This document shows, one piece after another, positions 10,616 through 21,837 of a DNA stretch of 64,000 nt. A program made the position numbers and the translations under genes. How positions within the stretch are numbered: position 1 is the first letter of the stretch; each line of letters starts with the position of its first letter. The stretch covers positions 320,001-384,000 of the forward strand of contig CBDCXV010000010.1 in the NCBI GenBank assembly GCA_965223905.1, given 5' to 3'. A model generated the notes under the pieces. The model was not told the origin of the DNA. It saw only the letters and a program-made list of their open reading frames with translations, and did not search any database. The stretch comes from Candidatus Latescibacterota bacterium. Its GTDB lineage: Bacteria > Latescibacterota > UBA2968 > UBA8231.

Positions 10616-12895
10616 CTAACCTGCCCCGAGGTCCTGCGGAGATGGTTCGGGCCAGTTCAGATGACGATGGAGGAAACGGAACGTGGCTTCGGCGTTGATC
10701 CGATGTCCGCCGTCGAAAAACTCGATTTCTGTTCTGTCGGCGATACCGAGTTGCACATAAAGCCGCCGGACAACAGCGAACTCATGCGCGACCCATTCAT
10801 CCGGGGCAACGCCGTCCTCGTGTCCGCGCTCCACCATGAACGGCCGCGGCGCGATCAATCCCGCCATCTCCCCGTAGTTGAAGGTGTTGCCCAGATCGAA
10901 CTCCGGCATCTCGTATTCCCCGCCGAACATATAGCTGTAGCGAGAATGGAATGTGGCATTCTTGACGATCCATTCGTTGAAGTCGGCGGAACAGATCGAG
11001 CAGGCGTACCGTTCGAGCACTGCCGGAACCCGCATTGCCGTTTTCCCACCGTAGGACAACCCGTAAAACCCTATCCGTTCCGCATCGACGAATGGTTGTT
11101 CGGCGAGCCAGTCGAGGGTCCGCTCGTGTTGGCGAATGATCAACGAAAAGAGCGACCATTTTATCGGGTTCGCCTTGCGTTGGATGACCCGGAAGGCATC
11201 GCCGCCGATGTAGGGATTCTGTGGCGCGTAAGCGATGAACCCTCTGTCGGCCAGGGACGCAGCGTAGGAGTTATAGACGGTTTCCAACTTCGGGTCGGCG
11301 GTATCCTGCGGTCTCCCTTCAAGGCCGTGCTGACAGACGACGACAGGACGCCGTTCGCCCGATTGAAGATCGTTCGGGAGCAGCAGGATGCCATAGGCGA
11401 AAACGTCCTTCCAGACATCGAGAACGACTTCATACCCCTTCCAGTTGGGTTCGTCATAAAGGAGCCGCGTCCTCGGATCTGCCGGCGCATCGGGGGGAGG
11501 ACACCTGCCGATGACTTCGTCCTGCAAACAGGACTTGAGATCCTCGCATGTCTCCGCCCAGCGTGTGAGCGAACTGGTATCGGTCCTTTCCCAGAAGAAC
11601 TCCTGCCGCCGCGATGCCGCCTCCCGCAGAAAGCGTTGCGTAAGGTTTACCAGTTGCATGAACTGCCTCTTCTGGCGGGCTCCGCAATCGAAATCGCCGA
11701 CGTCTGGTTTCGAAAGAGGACGGTATCCTTCAACCTGCGCATCATGAACGCCGAGCTCGGCAAGCAGCGTACTCAAGGTCTCCCGGGACCCCGGCAATCC
11801 GTCTTCAGGGAAGACGAGGCGGATGGCCTTTTCACAGTCGAGTTGCCGATAAAAACCGCGTGCGCGTTCAAACTCCGCTTTCACCGATTCGCCCGGTGGA
11901 GACACCAGTTGTCCGGGTGCAGCGCCACCCCGTCCTTGCCGAGGCGCAGGTGGGCCGTCGACTTCCGGTCCGCGGCTTGTCTCGACGATCAACGGGCGCG
12001 GCGCGATTAGGCTGGCAATTTCGGCATCGCCGAATTCATGCAGCAGCCCCCATACGTTTCGGTAGATCGGCTCGCGCCAGACCTCCTGCCGCGATTGGAA
12101 ATAGCCGCTGACTGCTGCCGCCTGAATCCGTGTATCCACAGCCGCACTGTAGAGCGCAATCAGTCCCCCTTCGCCATAGCCGACAACACCGACCGGCACC
12201 TCGGAACGGGACATCCAGTCCACCAACGACAGTACCTTCTGAACCTCGTACCCGATGATGTTCCTTCCGAGCTCAAACGCCATCCGGTAGATGAATTCGC
12301 GATGGGGTTGATTCGTCATTGCCCCGAGGGCTGGATTTCCTGAACAGGTATCGTCGCGGTCAATGAGGAGCGGAACCACGACACGGCACCCCGCCTTTGC
12401 CAGATGCTGTGCGAAGCGGGCGTTGGCCGGCAAATCGTCGGTCACGCCGGCAACCATCTCGGGCGTCCAGTCGGCATCCGGCAGGGCGACAACCTGGGCG
12501 GCAACCGGCGCATCGTGCCCAGGCTCCAGCAAAAGCCCTTCACCCTCGACTTCATCGAAAACCTGCCAGCGGACACGGGATACGGTGTAATTCTCCCCTT
12601 CCGCGACCTGCGCGACGGTGCGGGTGGTGGCTATGTAGCTCAGTTCCTCAATCGGCAGACGCTCATCGAGGCAGCCGATCCGTTTTCTCAGACGTTCCCG
12701 ATTCGGTTCGACGGATCGGACATACGCGCCGTGAGAACTGTAATCCCGATGCCACAGCGCTTCCCGTTTTTCAGGAGAACGCGCCACCGCCCCGGTAACA
12801 TACCGGTCAAGGGCCTCAACCATCTGTGCGGCAAGATCTCCTTCCAACGTCAGGGGGGTTGTTCCAGGCAATACTTGCGCGGTTTCGTTTGACAT
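10616..12895 (-). CDS. Tandem alpha/beta-hydrolase (dienelactone hydrolase-like) protein
   Basis: Two nucleophile-elbow-like motifs (GYGEGG, GLSYGG), plus CQHGLEG and FDGGH. Confidence 0.75.
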   Translation of the reverse strand: MSNETAQVLPGTTPLTLEGDLAAQMVEALDRYVTGAVARSPEKREALWHRDYSSHGAYVRSVEPNRERLRKRIGCLDERLPIEELSYIATTRTVAQVAEGENYTVSRVRWQVFDEVEGEGLLLEPGHDAPVAAQVVALPDADWTPEMVAGVTDDLPANARFAQHLAKAGCRVVVPLLIDRDDTCSGNPALGAMTNQPHREFIYRMAFELGRNIIGYEVQKVLSLVDWMSRSEVPVGVVGYGEGGLIALYSAAVDTRIQAAAVSGYFQSRQEVWREPIYRNVWGLLHEFGDAEIASLIAPRPLIVETSRGPEVDGPPAPRQGRGGAAPGQLVSPPGESVKAEFERARGFYRQLDCEKAIRLVFPEDGLPGSRETLSTLLAELGVHDAQVEGYRPLSKPDVGDFDCGARQKRQFMQLVNLTQRFLREAASRRQEFFWERTDTSSLTRWAETCEDLKSCLQDEVIGRCPPPDAPADPRTRLLYDEPNWKGYEVVLDVWKDVFAYGILLLPNDLQSGERRPVVVCQHGLEGRPQDTADPKLETVYNSYAASLADRGFIAYAPQNPYIGGDAFRVIQRKANPIKWSLFSLIIRQHERTLDWLAEQPFVDAERIGFYGLSYGGKTAMRVPAVLERYACSICSADFNEWIVKNATFHSRYSYMFGGEYEMPEFDLGNTFNYGEMAGLIAPRPFMVERGHEDGVAPDEWVAHEFAVVRRLYVQLGIADRTEIEFFDGGHRINAEATFRFLHRHLNWPEPSPQDLGAG

Positions 12896-12997
12896 GCGAA
12901 CTCCTTTGCAGCGCGTCACTACCTGGATCGGTACGGCTGCGAAGTGGACGAATCGGGGGCGGTGCCGTACGAGACTTCCGGCCCGGTCCCGCTTTCG

Positions 12998-15900
12998 TCA
13001 CCCGTTGAGATCGTCTGCCTCGGTACCGTCGAACATGGATAGCGGCGGCGCATCGAGCAGGCCCCCGTCATCTATCCGTCGCGGCCTGGGTACCGTCGAA
13101 CTGCCAGCAGGCTCTGGCCAGGTCTGCGGAAGGCGGCGGGACGTACACTCGCCGGTTCGCAGGAACAGCAGCCCCGGGACCGGGGATCCGCCGACTGCCC
13201 TCTCCAGGGCGGAAGCGTACAGGGCGAGCTGAGGCAGGTAGGCTTCGGAAGCGTCGGCCAACGACCTGCCGCGCAGATCGTCGGTCTTGAAGTCGAGAAC
13301 ATGCCAGGCGCCCCCGGTCTCGTAGGCCAGGTCGATGGTTCCGTGCACCGGCACGCCGTCCCAGTCCCACGAAAAGGGCAGCTCGAACCAGGAGCGAGTA
13401 TCCCCGTCGCGCAGGGTGACCGCCAGCGGGCTGTCGTCGAAGATGTCGAGCATACCGTCGACTTCTGCCACAACCCCCCGCACTGCCTGCTCCCCCAGAC
13501 CCTCATCCACCCTGCGCATCAACTCGTCCAGAACAGGTCGCTGTCCGCTCTTGAACCATTCCTCGATGGCACCGTGCGCAAGGCTGCCGCGGACAAGGCC
13601 GAGACCGTCGCCGTGCTGAAAGAATTTGCGGGACGGCTCCTCCAGCCTCAGGGATGTCACGGGGGTGCTCGAGCGCAGGGGAATCACCGGCGGCCGGGCA
13701 ACCAGCGGCGCCATGAAGTCCTCCTCCTCGTTCTCCGGAGGTACCTGCACCGGCTCGGGCGCCGCCCTGTCAGCGATGGCCTCGAGGTCCACGGGAATGG
13801 ATGAACGGACCTCCACTCCTTCCGGGGCCGCACTGAGGGCACTCTGCGCGGCTGCTAGCCATCCGTCATCCCGTGCCGGATCATCGCCGGAGATGTACAG
13901 CGCGTCGGCCGCCCTGGTGGCCGCGACGTAGAAGAGACGCTTGTGCTCCGACGCCTCTTCCGCCTGGTCCTGAACCAGCAGATAGGAGTAGAACCCCGGG
14001 CGGCCGCGATTCTCTTCACCCGACCCTACCTTCTTCGCAAGCGTGAGAGAGATTCCCTCCCCGGTGCGCCATCGGACCGCATCGTAGCTCACACGCGATG
14101 ACAGATGTGCCTCCGGTACGAAGACGATGGGGAACTGGAGACCCTTGGCTCCATGTACGGTCAGCAGGCGCACGGCGTCCGACTGGTCGAGAACAGCCTG
14201 GCCTTCGCGGGCCTGGAGCTCGTCGCGGCGGCGCCGAACGTAGGTCACCAGCTCGTCCAGTGAGTGGCCGGCCAACTGGCGTGCGAGGTCCACGAACTTG
14301 CGGATGTTGGCCAATGCCTGATCCCCTCCCTGCAAAGGGGCCCAGGCCGCCTCGAATCCCGTGAGGGCGAGGGCTTTCTCCAGGAGTGCGTCCGGCGGCA
14401 GGAAAGGGACGCCGTCCCGCAATTCCTCGAGCACCTCGGCGGAGCGCCTGCAGAACAGGCGGACCTCCCCGGGTATGGACTCGGGCGGGTTGCCGAGGGC
14501 TCTCAGAAGGTTGCGGTCATGGGACCGAAGAGCCAGGAGGGATTGGTCATCTATCATGAACAGCGGCGACCGCAGGGCCCCCGCCAGGGCTATGGAGTCG
14601 TCCGGCTCGGCCAGCCACCCCAGGAGGTTGGTGAGGTCGAGAACCTCCTGCCTCGTGAAGAACCCGGCACCGGCTACTGTGCGGTAGGAACCCCGTGGTT
14701 CTCCAGCGCCTGCTCGAAGAGGTGAACGTTCGACAGCCGGCGGAGAAGTATCGCTACGTCCGACGCCCGCGCGGGGCGCGGTTTCTTCTCTTCCCTGTCC
14801 CATACGGTTGCCGGACGACTCAGCAGCGCGGCCGCTTCCGCGGCCACGGCATCCGCTTCCACTCTCCTGCGGTCATCTTCGCCGGCCCTTTCGTCCGCAG
14901 GCGTTCGATTCGAGACCGGCAGCAGCACCAGGTACGGTGATTCGGGCGAGTCGGGCCCTCGTCCGGTCATCGCCTGCATCGGCGCCTCGAACTCCTCCCG
15001 AGGGTCTTCGAACACCTTCTCGAAGAGGATGTTGAATGACTCGACGAGCGGATCGTGAGCGCGGAACGACTGGCTCAGGGCATGGATGGCGCCCCCGGAC
15101 TCGATCTCCTTGTGGAGCCGTGTGAAGTTCCGTACGTCGCTTCCGCGGAAGCGGTAGATCGCCTGCTTCACGTCGCCGACGAAGAAACGCTCAGGTCCCT
15201 TGGAGTCTGCTTGCCCGCCGCCGGTCAGGAGGTTGAGGAAGGCGATCTGGGTGGGGTTGGTGTCCTGAAGCTCGTCCACCATCAGGTGGCGCAGGCGGGA
15301 CCGGTAGGAAGCGGCAATGTCCGGATGTGAACTCAGCAGTTGCGTAGCCCTGATCTCGAGGTCCAGGTAGTCGAGAGCAATCAGCTCCCGTTTGCTGGCC
15401 GAGTAGCGATTGCAGGCGTCTTGAAAGAGGCTCCGCAGCGATGAGAGGGCCTCCAGCGCGATGTGGTCATGCTCGTTCCATCGAGGGAGACCACTGAGCT
15501 CGGCTGGCCCTATCCCGGATCGAGCGCATTGCCGACTTGACATCCTGGATGTCCTCCGCCCAGTTCCTTGCACTTCCGCCTCTCAGGTTGACTTTGCCGC
15601 CTGCGTCCAGCACGCGGGCCAGCAGGTCCGACCAGTCCCCGACATCGGGGTCACCCAATGCCGCCAGACAGTCTCGCATTCTCGAGGACAGGGCGTCGTC
15701 GCCGGGACCTGCATAGGCGGCTTGCAGCCACGCCGCTCGCTCCGCCAGCACCGGTCGCGCCTCTTCTACCGCCGCCCGGACCTTCGCATCCAACAGCTCC
15801 CGGACATGTTCGGCCCAGCCCTCCACAGTGTCTCCCGGAAGCGCCCGGTAAGCGGCCTCGACCTCGTCACGCCTCGCAACCATCTGGGGAAGCTGGGTTG

Positions 15901-16369
15901 TCGCCGCGAACATACCGAGCTCTCGCAGCGCCAGGGCCCGATGGTCGTCCGCGTCCGCGGCTGCTTCCAGCGCGTCGATGCAGGCCCCGGTCAGCTCGAA
16001 CTCGGCCTCGTCATCCGACAGCACCCTCGAGGCGGGATCGACGGCTGCCTCCACGGGATGCTCCCGCAACACCCGCAGGCACAGCGAGTGGATGGTTCCG
16101 ATGATGGCCTCATCGATGTCCGCCCGGTGACGGCTCAGCTCCTCCCTCGTGAGGACCTCCCTCCGCACTCGCTCACGCATCTCGGTGGCGGCGGCGTCGG
16201 TGAAGGTGACCGCAGCCATCTCGGAGATACGGTGTTCCCGGAGCAGGGAGACGTAGCGCTCCACAAGGACACGGGTCTTGCCGCTGCCGGCTCCGGCCGT
16301 GACCAGCATGTCACGACCGCGCTCGACCACGATCCCGGCCTGCTCCGATGTCAGTCCCAGCTCTTCCAT
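12998..16369 (-). CDS. addA: AddA/UvrD-like helicase with PD-(D/E)XK nuclease, split by two frameshifts (~15510, ~14685)
   Basis: AGAGSGKT, VDELQDT, VGDVKQAIYRFRG, TVHGAKGLQF, YVAATRA and GTIDL...DFKT are spread over ORFs 15467-16369, 14674-15573 and 12998-14803. Confidence 0.8.
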
Positions 16370-19278
16370 CGACTGAACCCGTTCACCCGGCAGATGTGGC
16401 GGAATGAGCAGTAGCTCGGACAGGGCTTCACCTGTGGATTGACTCTGAAGTCGCCCGAGTCGACCGCATCGCGCACATCCCGGGCGACCTCAACAACCTC
16501 CTCCAACAGGAGAACATCTTCCTCGCGCGAGGAGTCGATCTCCCACTCCCGGATCGCGGGATCGAGCCAGGCGTAGCGAGCGATGACCCTCTCCGCCCGG
16601 GTCTCGTCGCGTCCAGCATACCCATAGAGCTGAAGCTGGACACGGCGTCCCTCTTCCAGGTCGGACCGGGGAATCCCTTTCCCTGACTTGTAGTCGACGA
16701 TCACCACCCTGCCCTCCCCCTCCTCCAGTCGATCCATGGTTGCCGTCACGCGCAGGGGCGGGTCCAGCGGGAGCGAGGCCTCGATTTTCTTCTCGGCGCC
16801 GATGATTCGTGTCACGCCCGACCGCGCGCTCCAATCAGCCTCCCTTTCCAACAGTAATTCGATCTTCTGAAGGGTCTCCTCTGCATCCAGTCGCCAGAGG
16901 GCGGCCCGACCGAAGCCCATCCTTGCGGGTGCGCTGTTCCAAATATTCGGGCCGTTGGCCCCAAGACGCGCAAGTACATCGGGGAGGGTCTCGGGGACCA
17001 GTGGGCGTCCCCGCTCGACAAGGGGAGCAATGGCGTCCTGCAGAATCTCGTGAACGACGCTGCCTCGGATTGCGGCGTCAGCGCCTTCCAGTTCCTGCTC
17101 GATCTCCCGCAGACGCAGGGCGTACTGGCCGAAGAACTGGAAGGCGCAGGTCTTGTAGGACTCGATCCGGCTGGCGCTCCAGGTTGCGTCGGCATCCGTA
17201 AGCCGGGGCACCAACCCTTCGGTCATGCGGCCCTCGTACTTGCCTGCATTCGAGAATGAGCGGCGGCGCTGCTCGACCGCGACCGCGGAGCGCACGACGG
17301 GCCAGGCCGACTCTCCACGCGGTCGAAGCCGGCCATGGCTCGGCCACTGCCAGGTGCAGGCGATCGCCAGCTCGCGCGCGGAGCCGGTTTCTTCGGGCAT
17401 GGCCATCCCCGCCTCGATGGACTCGCCGGGCTGCAGCTTGCCGTAGTAGTACGAAGCCGATACAGGACGGCCACGTTCGTTGAGCCTGGTCCTCCACAGG
17501 GACAGGGCGCGGTCCGCACGGGTGGAAACAGACGCCCACAGCTCGTCTTCCGAAAGCCGGGCTTCCGGAGGAACTTCGAGCCCCCATCGATTCAGCTCGT
17601 CTACGGCGTCTCTATCGAGAAGCGTGCGGTAGCTGCGCGGCGCGGGGAACTCTCCCTCCACCAACCCTCCCACCGCAACGAAGTCGAAGCGCAGGCCGTG
17701 GAGGGTGTGCATCGGTGCAAGGAGGACGCCGCCGGGCTCGCGCAGCAACACCGTCGCAGCGTCGAACTTCGCTTCGAGTCGAGCCATGAATACCACTAAT
17801 GTCTCAAGCCCGCCTCCGAGTACCTCGTGTGTATGGATCAGGTCCTGAAGCTGGCCTCGCAGTGCATCGAGCTCCACGTCCACGCCGGGCTGCGCCCTGG
17901 ACCCGGGATCCGCCAGAGCCTGAATGCCGAACAGCGCCTCGTCGAAATGGCGCGCATGCTCTGCGGTCGTCCCTGGTGCCCGCTCCAGCAGGGCGCGCAG
18001 ATCCTCCAGGGCGGCTGACATTCCCGACGCAATCCCGCCCAGTCTCTGGCGGGCACGGTCGCTCTTTTCCGGGTCGTCCCCGCCACTGCGCAGACCCTCC
18101 ACGGCACGGCCAAGAGCGTCGAGTCCCGCCCAGAGGTTGTTCTCGCGTCCTCGCCGGGCAAAGACGGCCACGTCTTCGCGAGACAGCCCCCAGCGGCCAA
18201 GATCGACGAACCCGCTGGACAGCACTGCGACAACGTCACGCAGGTGCCAGCCGTCCCGGGCCAGGTGCATCAGGCGACGGAGCCAGGCCCCCAAGGGACG
18301 GGCGCTCAGCCGCTCTCCGGCGGCCGGGTCGAGCGGCAGGTCATACTCGGAGAAAACCTGCCGGGCAAGGCCCAGATGCGGCGAAACCTGCCGGAATGCG
18401 ACGGCGAAGTCGGACGGGCGAAGCGACGGCTCATCGGTCAGGCGCTGCTTGATCTGGCGCGCTATCGCACGCAGCTGGCCTTCCCTGTCGGCCGCATCGC
18501 CGGCCACCACGTTCGCGGGCGATGCAACATCGCACTCGAGCTCCTGGACTTTCGCATCCGGGAATCGACGGCGCAGCCGCTCGTAGTCGTGCCCGGCACG
18601 AACTCCAGCATTCGGGTCCAGCGTGACGACGACATCGGCCTTCTCAGCGAGGGCTTCGAGCAGGTCCATCTCTGTCTCGCGAAAGAGGTGGAAGCCATCC
18701 AGCATGATCGTCCCCGGCAGATCCGCTCCCGCCTTGACGACATCCGCTGCAGCCGCGCCGATCTGCATCGGATGAGTCCAATTCCCCTGTCTGAGTCCAT
18801 GGCTGTACTCCTTGTAGACGGCACCCAGTGCCTCCAGGCTCCGCGATCCCGATTTCGCGGCGGCTTCCGACAGGGCCTCGGGATCTACGCCTTCCGCCAG
18901 CAGATCACCGATGGCGCCGCCAAGGAGATTCCCCAGTCCCTTGGTCGCCGCAACAGGCCTGAAGTAAGCGGCAGACCCGCTTTCGATCCCGAGGCGTATG
19001 GTTCGTTGCAGGAGTTCCTCAGCCAGCGAGTGGGACGGTACCCTCGCATTGGAGGCCAGCTTCCGGCTGAACTGGGCAATAGTCTCGACACGCAGGCGCA
19101 GAGCCACCCCGCATCGACCGACCAGACGGCGGCGAAACTGGTCTCCGTGGCGTACCGTCGGTACCAGCACGATCGCTTCCGAGAACGGATCGGCCTCGTA
19201 TCGCGCAGCCAGCCTCGAGATGATCCGGTCTGTCTTTCCGCTGCCGGGACCGCCGACCAGGAGCGTCAGCTCAGGCAT
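16351..19278 (-). CDS. addB: AddB-like PD-(D/E)XK nuclease subunit
   Basis: GGPGSGKT, WSASRIESYKTCAFQF, MDRL...VDYKSG and C-terminal CPSYCSFRHICR Fe-S motif. It overlaps the start of addA. Confidence 0.8.
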   Translation of the reverse strand: MPELTLLVGGPGSGKTDRIISRLAARYEADPFSEAIVLVPTVRHGDQFRRRLVGRCGVALRLRVETIAQFSRKLASNARVPSHSLAEELLQRTIRLGIESGSAAYFRPVAATKGLGNLLGGAIGDLLAEGVDPEALSEAAAKSGSRSLEALGAVYKEYSHGLRQGNWTHPMQIGAAAADVVKAGADLPGTIMLDGFHLFRETEMDLLEALAEKADVVVTLDPNAGVRAGHDYERLRRRFPDAKVQELECDVASPANVVAGDAADREGQLRAIARQIKQRLTDEPSLRPSDFAVAFRQVSPHLGLARQVFSEYDLPLDPAAGERLSARPLGAWLRRLMHLARDGWHLRDVVAVLSSGFVDLGRWGLSREDVAVFARRGRENNLWAGLDALGRAVEGLRSGGDDPEKSDRARQRLGGIASGMSAALEDLRALLERAPGTTAEHARHFDEALFGIQALADPGSRAQPGVDVELDALRGQLQDLIHTHEVLGGGLETLVVFMARLEAKFDAATVLLREPGGVLLAPMHTLHGLRFDFVAVGGLVEGEFPAPRSYRTLLDRDAVDELNRWGLEVPPEARLSEDELWASVSTRADRALSLWRTRLNERGRPVSASYYYGKLQPGESIEAGMAMPEETGSARELAIACTWQWPSHGRLRPRGESAWPVVRSAVAVEQRRRSFSNAGKYEGRMTEGLVPRLTDADATWSASRIESYKTCAFQFFGQYALRLREIEQELEGADAAIRGSVVHEILQDAIAPLVERGRPLVPETLPDVLARLGANGPNIWNSAPARMGFGRAALWRLDAEETLQKIELLLEREADWSARSGVTRIIGAEKKIEASLPLDPPLRVTATMDRLEEGEGRVVIVDYKSGKGIPRSDLEEGRRVQLQLYGYAGRDETRAERVIARYAWLDPAIREWEIDSSREEDVLLLEEVVEVARDVRDAVDSGDFRVNPQVKPCPSYCSFRHICRVNGFSRWKSWD

Positions 19279-19320
19279 GGTAGTCGGCCCATATCAGAGG
19301 AATGCACGAGGCGGCTGGTT

Positions 19321-19557
19321 TCAGCCATGATTGGGGTTCTCCATCCCGTGTCCCGCGGCCCGCCGCTCCTGGACTATGCCCATGGTGGGCTGCAGGCGCT
19401 GGGCCTGGAGGCCGCGCTGCTGGCGGGCGAGGTCACGCGCCTCGTCGCAGAGGCGGCGCAGGTCGGCGATCAGGGAAAGCGGCAGGATCTGGCGGAAGAC
19501 GGTGTAGCCCTGAGTGCGGTACTCGTCGATGTGGCGGTCGCAAAAGGCGAAGGCCAT
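19321..19557 (-). pseudogene. N-terminal fragment of a phytanoyl-CoA dioxygenase (PhyH) family gene
   Basis: HIDEYRTQGYTVFRQILP N-terminus. Similarity stops after about 57 codons. Confidence 0.55.
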
Positions 19558-19597
19558 GGCGGAGCCTCGGACGCGCCTCACGTGAAAGCCCCGGGGC

Positions 19598-20302
19598 CTA
19601 CATGACACCGAATTTCTTGTAGGCCTCACCGGCTGTCATGCCGTTGCGCAGAGCGATTCGCACCTTCGATTCCGTCTTCACCTTCTCGTAGGCTTCGAGA
19701 ACCACTTCCTCGATCGAGTCGCCGGGTATCACCACGATGCCGTCCTCCGATCCCAGCAGGAGGTCGCCGGGCCGGACGGCGACATCGCCGCAGTAAACTG
19801 CTTCGTTGATGCCGGTTATCGTTCGGTGGTAGAGCAGGTCGCTCATGTGCGACCCGCGGCAGAAGAGCGGGAAGCCCAGTTTCCGCACGAGTTCCATGTC
19901 CCGGGAGAAGCCGTCGATCACGGCACCGTTTCCGCCGCGGCAGATCGCTGCCTCGGCGCACAGTTCCCCCCACACGCAACAATCCGTCCGGTCGGTGACC
20001 AGAACTTCCCCGGGTTGGAGCCCGTCGATTGCCGCGAAAAGCAGTTCGTACTCCCTGCCGGCCTGCGGGGGACCGACCAGGGGCTGGGACTGCATGGTAC
20101 GGGCAATGCCGGCCAGCCGGGTCGCGGTGTCGATGGGACCGATACCGTGGCGCATGACCTGGTTGTGGAAGCCGCGCGCGTGCAGGACATCGGACACGGC
20201 CGCCGGTTCCAGTTCCGCTGCCATGTCCCACACTTCGGTGCCGAGACGATCGGCCGGCCGGCTCAATTCAAAACTCCTGACGGACATGGGCGCTCCTACC
20301 AT
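19598..20302 (-). CDS. RraA/HMG-aldolase family protein
   Basis: AVSDVL, VWGEL, GAVIDGFSRD and VRPGDLLLGSEDGIVVIP motifs. Confidence 0.88.
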   Translation of the reverse strand: MVGAPMSVRSFELSRPADRLGTEVWDMAAELEPAAVSDVLHARGFHNQVMRHGIGPIDTATRLAGIARTMQSQPLVGPPQAGREYELLFAAIDGLQPGEVLVTDRTDCCVWGELCAEAAICRGGNGAVIDGFSRDMELVRKLGFPLFCRGSHMSDLLYHRTITGINEAVYCGDVAVRPGDLLLGSEDGIVVIPGDSIEEVVLEAYEKVKTESKVRIALRNGMTAGEAYKKFGVM

Positions 20303-20440
20303 TGGGACTTGACGGGCGGTATGCCGCTTCTGGCCTCGTCTTCAGCGTATATCGAGATATCGCCCTCGCGGCGGTGGGCTTCGGCGTAGAGAGCAAAGCG
20401 GTCCGGGTCCAGCGTTACGCCCAGCCCCGGTCCGAGGAGA
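20296..20440 (-). pseudogene. C-terminal fragment of an enolase/mandelate racemase family gene
   Basis: GPGLGVTLDPD motif at a protein C-terminus. The upstream sequence is unrelated and lower in GC. Confidence 0.45.
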
Positions 20441-20709
20441 TCGGTGCCTAGATCGTGCTTTTCGTTAGGTACCGAACCCCAGCCAATCAACTCGAAATGA
20501 GAACATACTGCACTCAATCCAGCATTCCCGGTCTGTTGCTGCCTACTCGCTCGCATCGGGTAGCCTAGAGGTGAGAATTGGTGGCGTCAGCGGTTCACGA
20601 ATCGCCGCCAGGAGGGCTGGCCGTGGAGGGAATGTTGGCTTCTAAAGAGGGGGACGAGTGCCATTGTCGGCCAGCCGCTTCTCCCACCCAGTAACTCCGG
20701 ATATTCTGG

Positions 20710-21460
20710 CCCCGCAGCACCTCCCCACGCCCTCCGTCTCCACGTTCCCCATCCGCTCGTTCCAGTTGTCCCCTCGGCGTCAGGTGTGGCTGGGCATGAG
20801 GTGCATAATGTAGCTGCGGCGCGGGTTGTCGGTGCGGTTGCCGTAGGAGCCGTGGAAGGTGCGGCAGTGGTGGAAGTGGCAGTGCCCGGCCTCGACCTCG
20901 CAGGAAACGGGGGTGAGGTCGGCGGCGGCGGAGATCCCCTCTTGGCGCAGCAGCCAGTGGGGAGTCGTGGACTACGGCTGTCCTCGCGGGCGTATCGCAT
21001 GGCCACAGGTGGCTGCCGGGTGCATGCAGCAGTTGTCTACGGTGGCGTTGTCGAGGGCGATCCAGCATGTGCCCAGATCAGCTGGCCCACGTGGTCCCAG
21101 GAGGTGTAGTCGGTGCCAAGCCAGGGCCGTCTCCTCGTCGTAGGGAGCTTGTAAACCATCTGGTCCTCCCACATGGGCACCGGGCCGGGCATGAGCTGGT
21201 GCGCCGGGCGCTGATGGCCGCATTGTCGAAGAAGGCCGAAAGAGGGGCTCGCGGCGCAAGATGTTGACCACCTTGACGGAGGGCGGCTGCCCCTTGGCCC
21301 TGGACCGCTCCACGGTCTCCCCCACAGGTGCCGGGGGAAGCTGGAGGATGTCCTCGATGCCCTCCTTGAGCTGGCCGATCTGCTCGTCGGAGAGCACGCG
21401 CAGGCCGGCCACGTAGCCCCGGGTCTTGTAATGCTCGACCTGGGCGTCGGTGCAGGGCAT
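20710..21460 (-). pseudogene. Phytanoyl-CoA dioxygenase family gene with several frameshifts
   Basis: QVEHYKTRGYV, LAWH, TCWIALDNATVDNCCM and HCHFHHCRTFHGSYGNRTDNPRR occur in different frames. Confidence 0.7.
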
Positions 21461-21465
21461 GCAGA

Positions 21466-21837
21466 TCAACTCGCCAAGTTCGTTGTCAGCCGTGTCCAGA
21501 AGTAGTCGAACGACGCCGAATGCTGTCTTGCCACCTCCGGATCGAATTGCGGCGCCATCATTCTCGAAAAACCGATTTTCCTGGGGGAAGAGTTCTGTCC
21601 GAATTGCCGTTCGAGGACAGATCCAGAACAGGGATCTCTCTCCCGGTCCACCAGGATGAAGCCCGCCGTGTATTGGAGGCTGCGGAAAGCCTCCAACAGC
21701 CGCGGTGTCTGACGTATCAGGGTCTCCTTGGACCCCATGGTGCGGACATCGAACTGGATGCCACCAAAGCGCTTGTGCAGGAACTCGTGCCAGAACACCC
21801 GGTCGGAGGGTCCCTCGACCCCGACGCCGATCTTCAT
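21466..21837 (-). CDS. DUF4276/TOPRIM-like protein, short (probable internal deletion)
   Basis: IGVGVEGPSD, ILVD and C-terminal HSASFDYF. It is coupled to the AAA ATPase stop and is only about 123 aa. Confidence 0.6.
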   Translation of the reverse strand: MKIGVGVEGPSDRVFWHEFLHKRFGGIQFDVRTMGSKETLIRQTPRLLEAFRSLQYTAGFILVDRERDPCSGSVLERQFGQNSSPRKIGFSRMMAPQFDPEVARQHSASFDYFWTRLTTNLAS

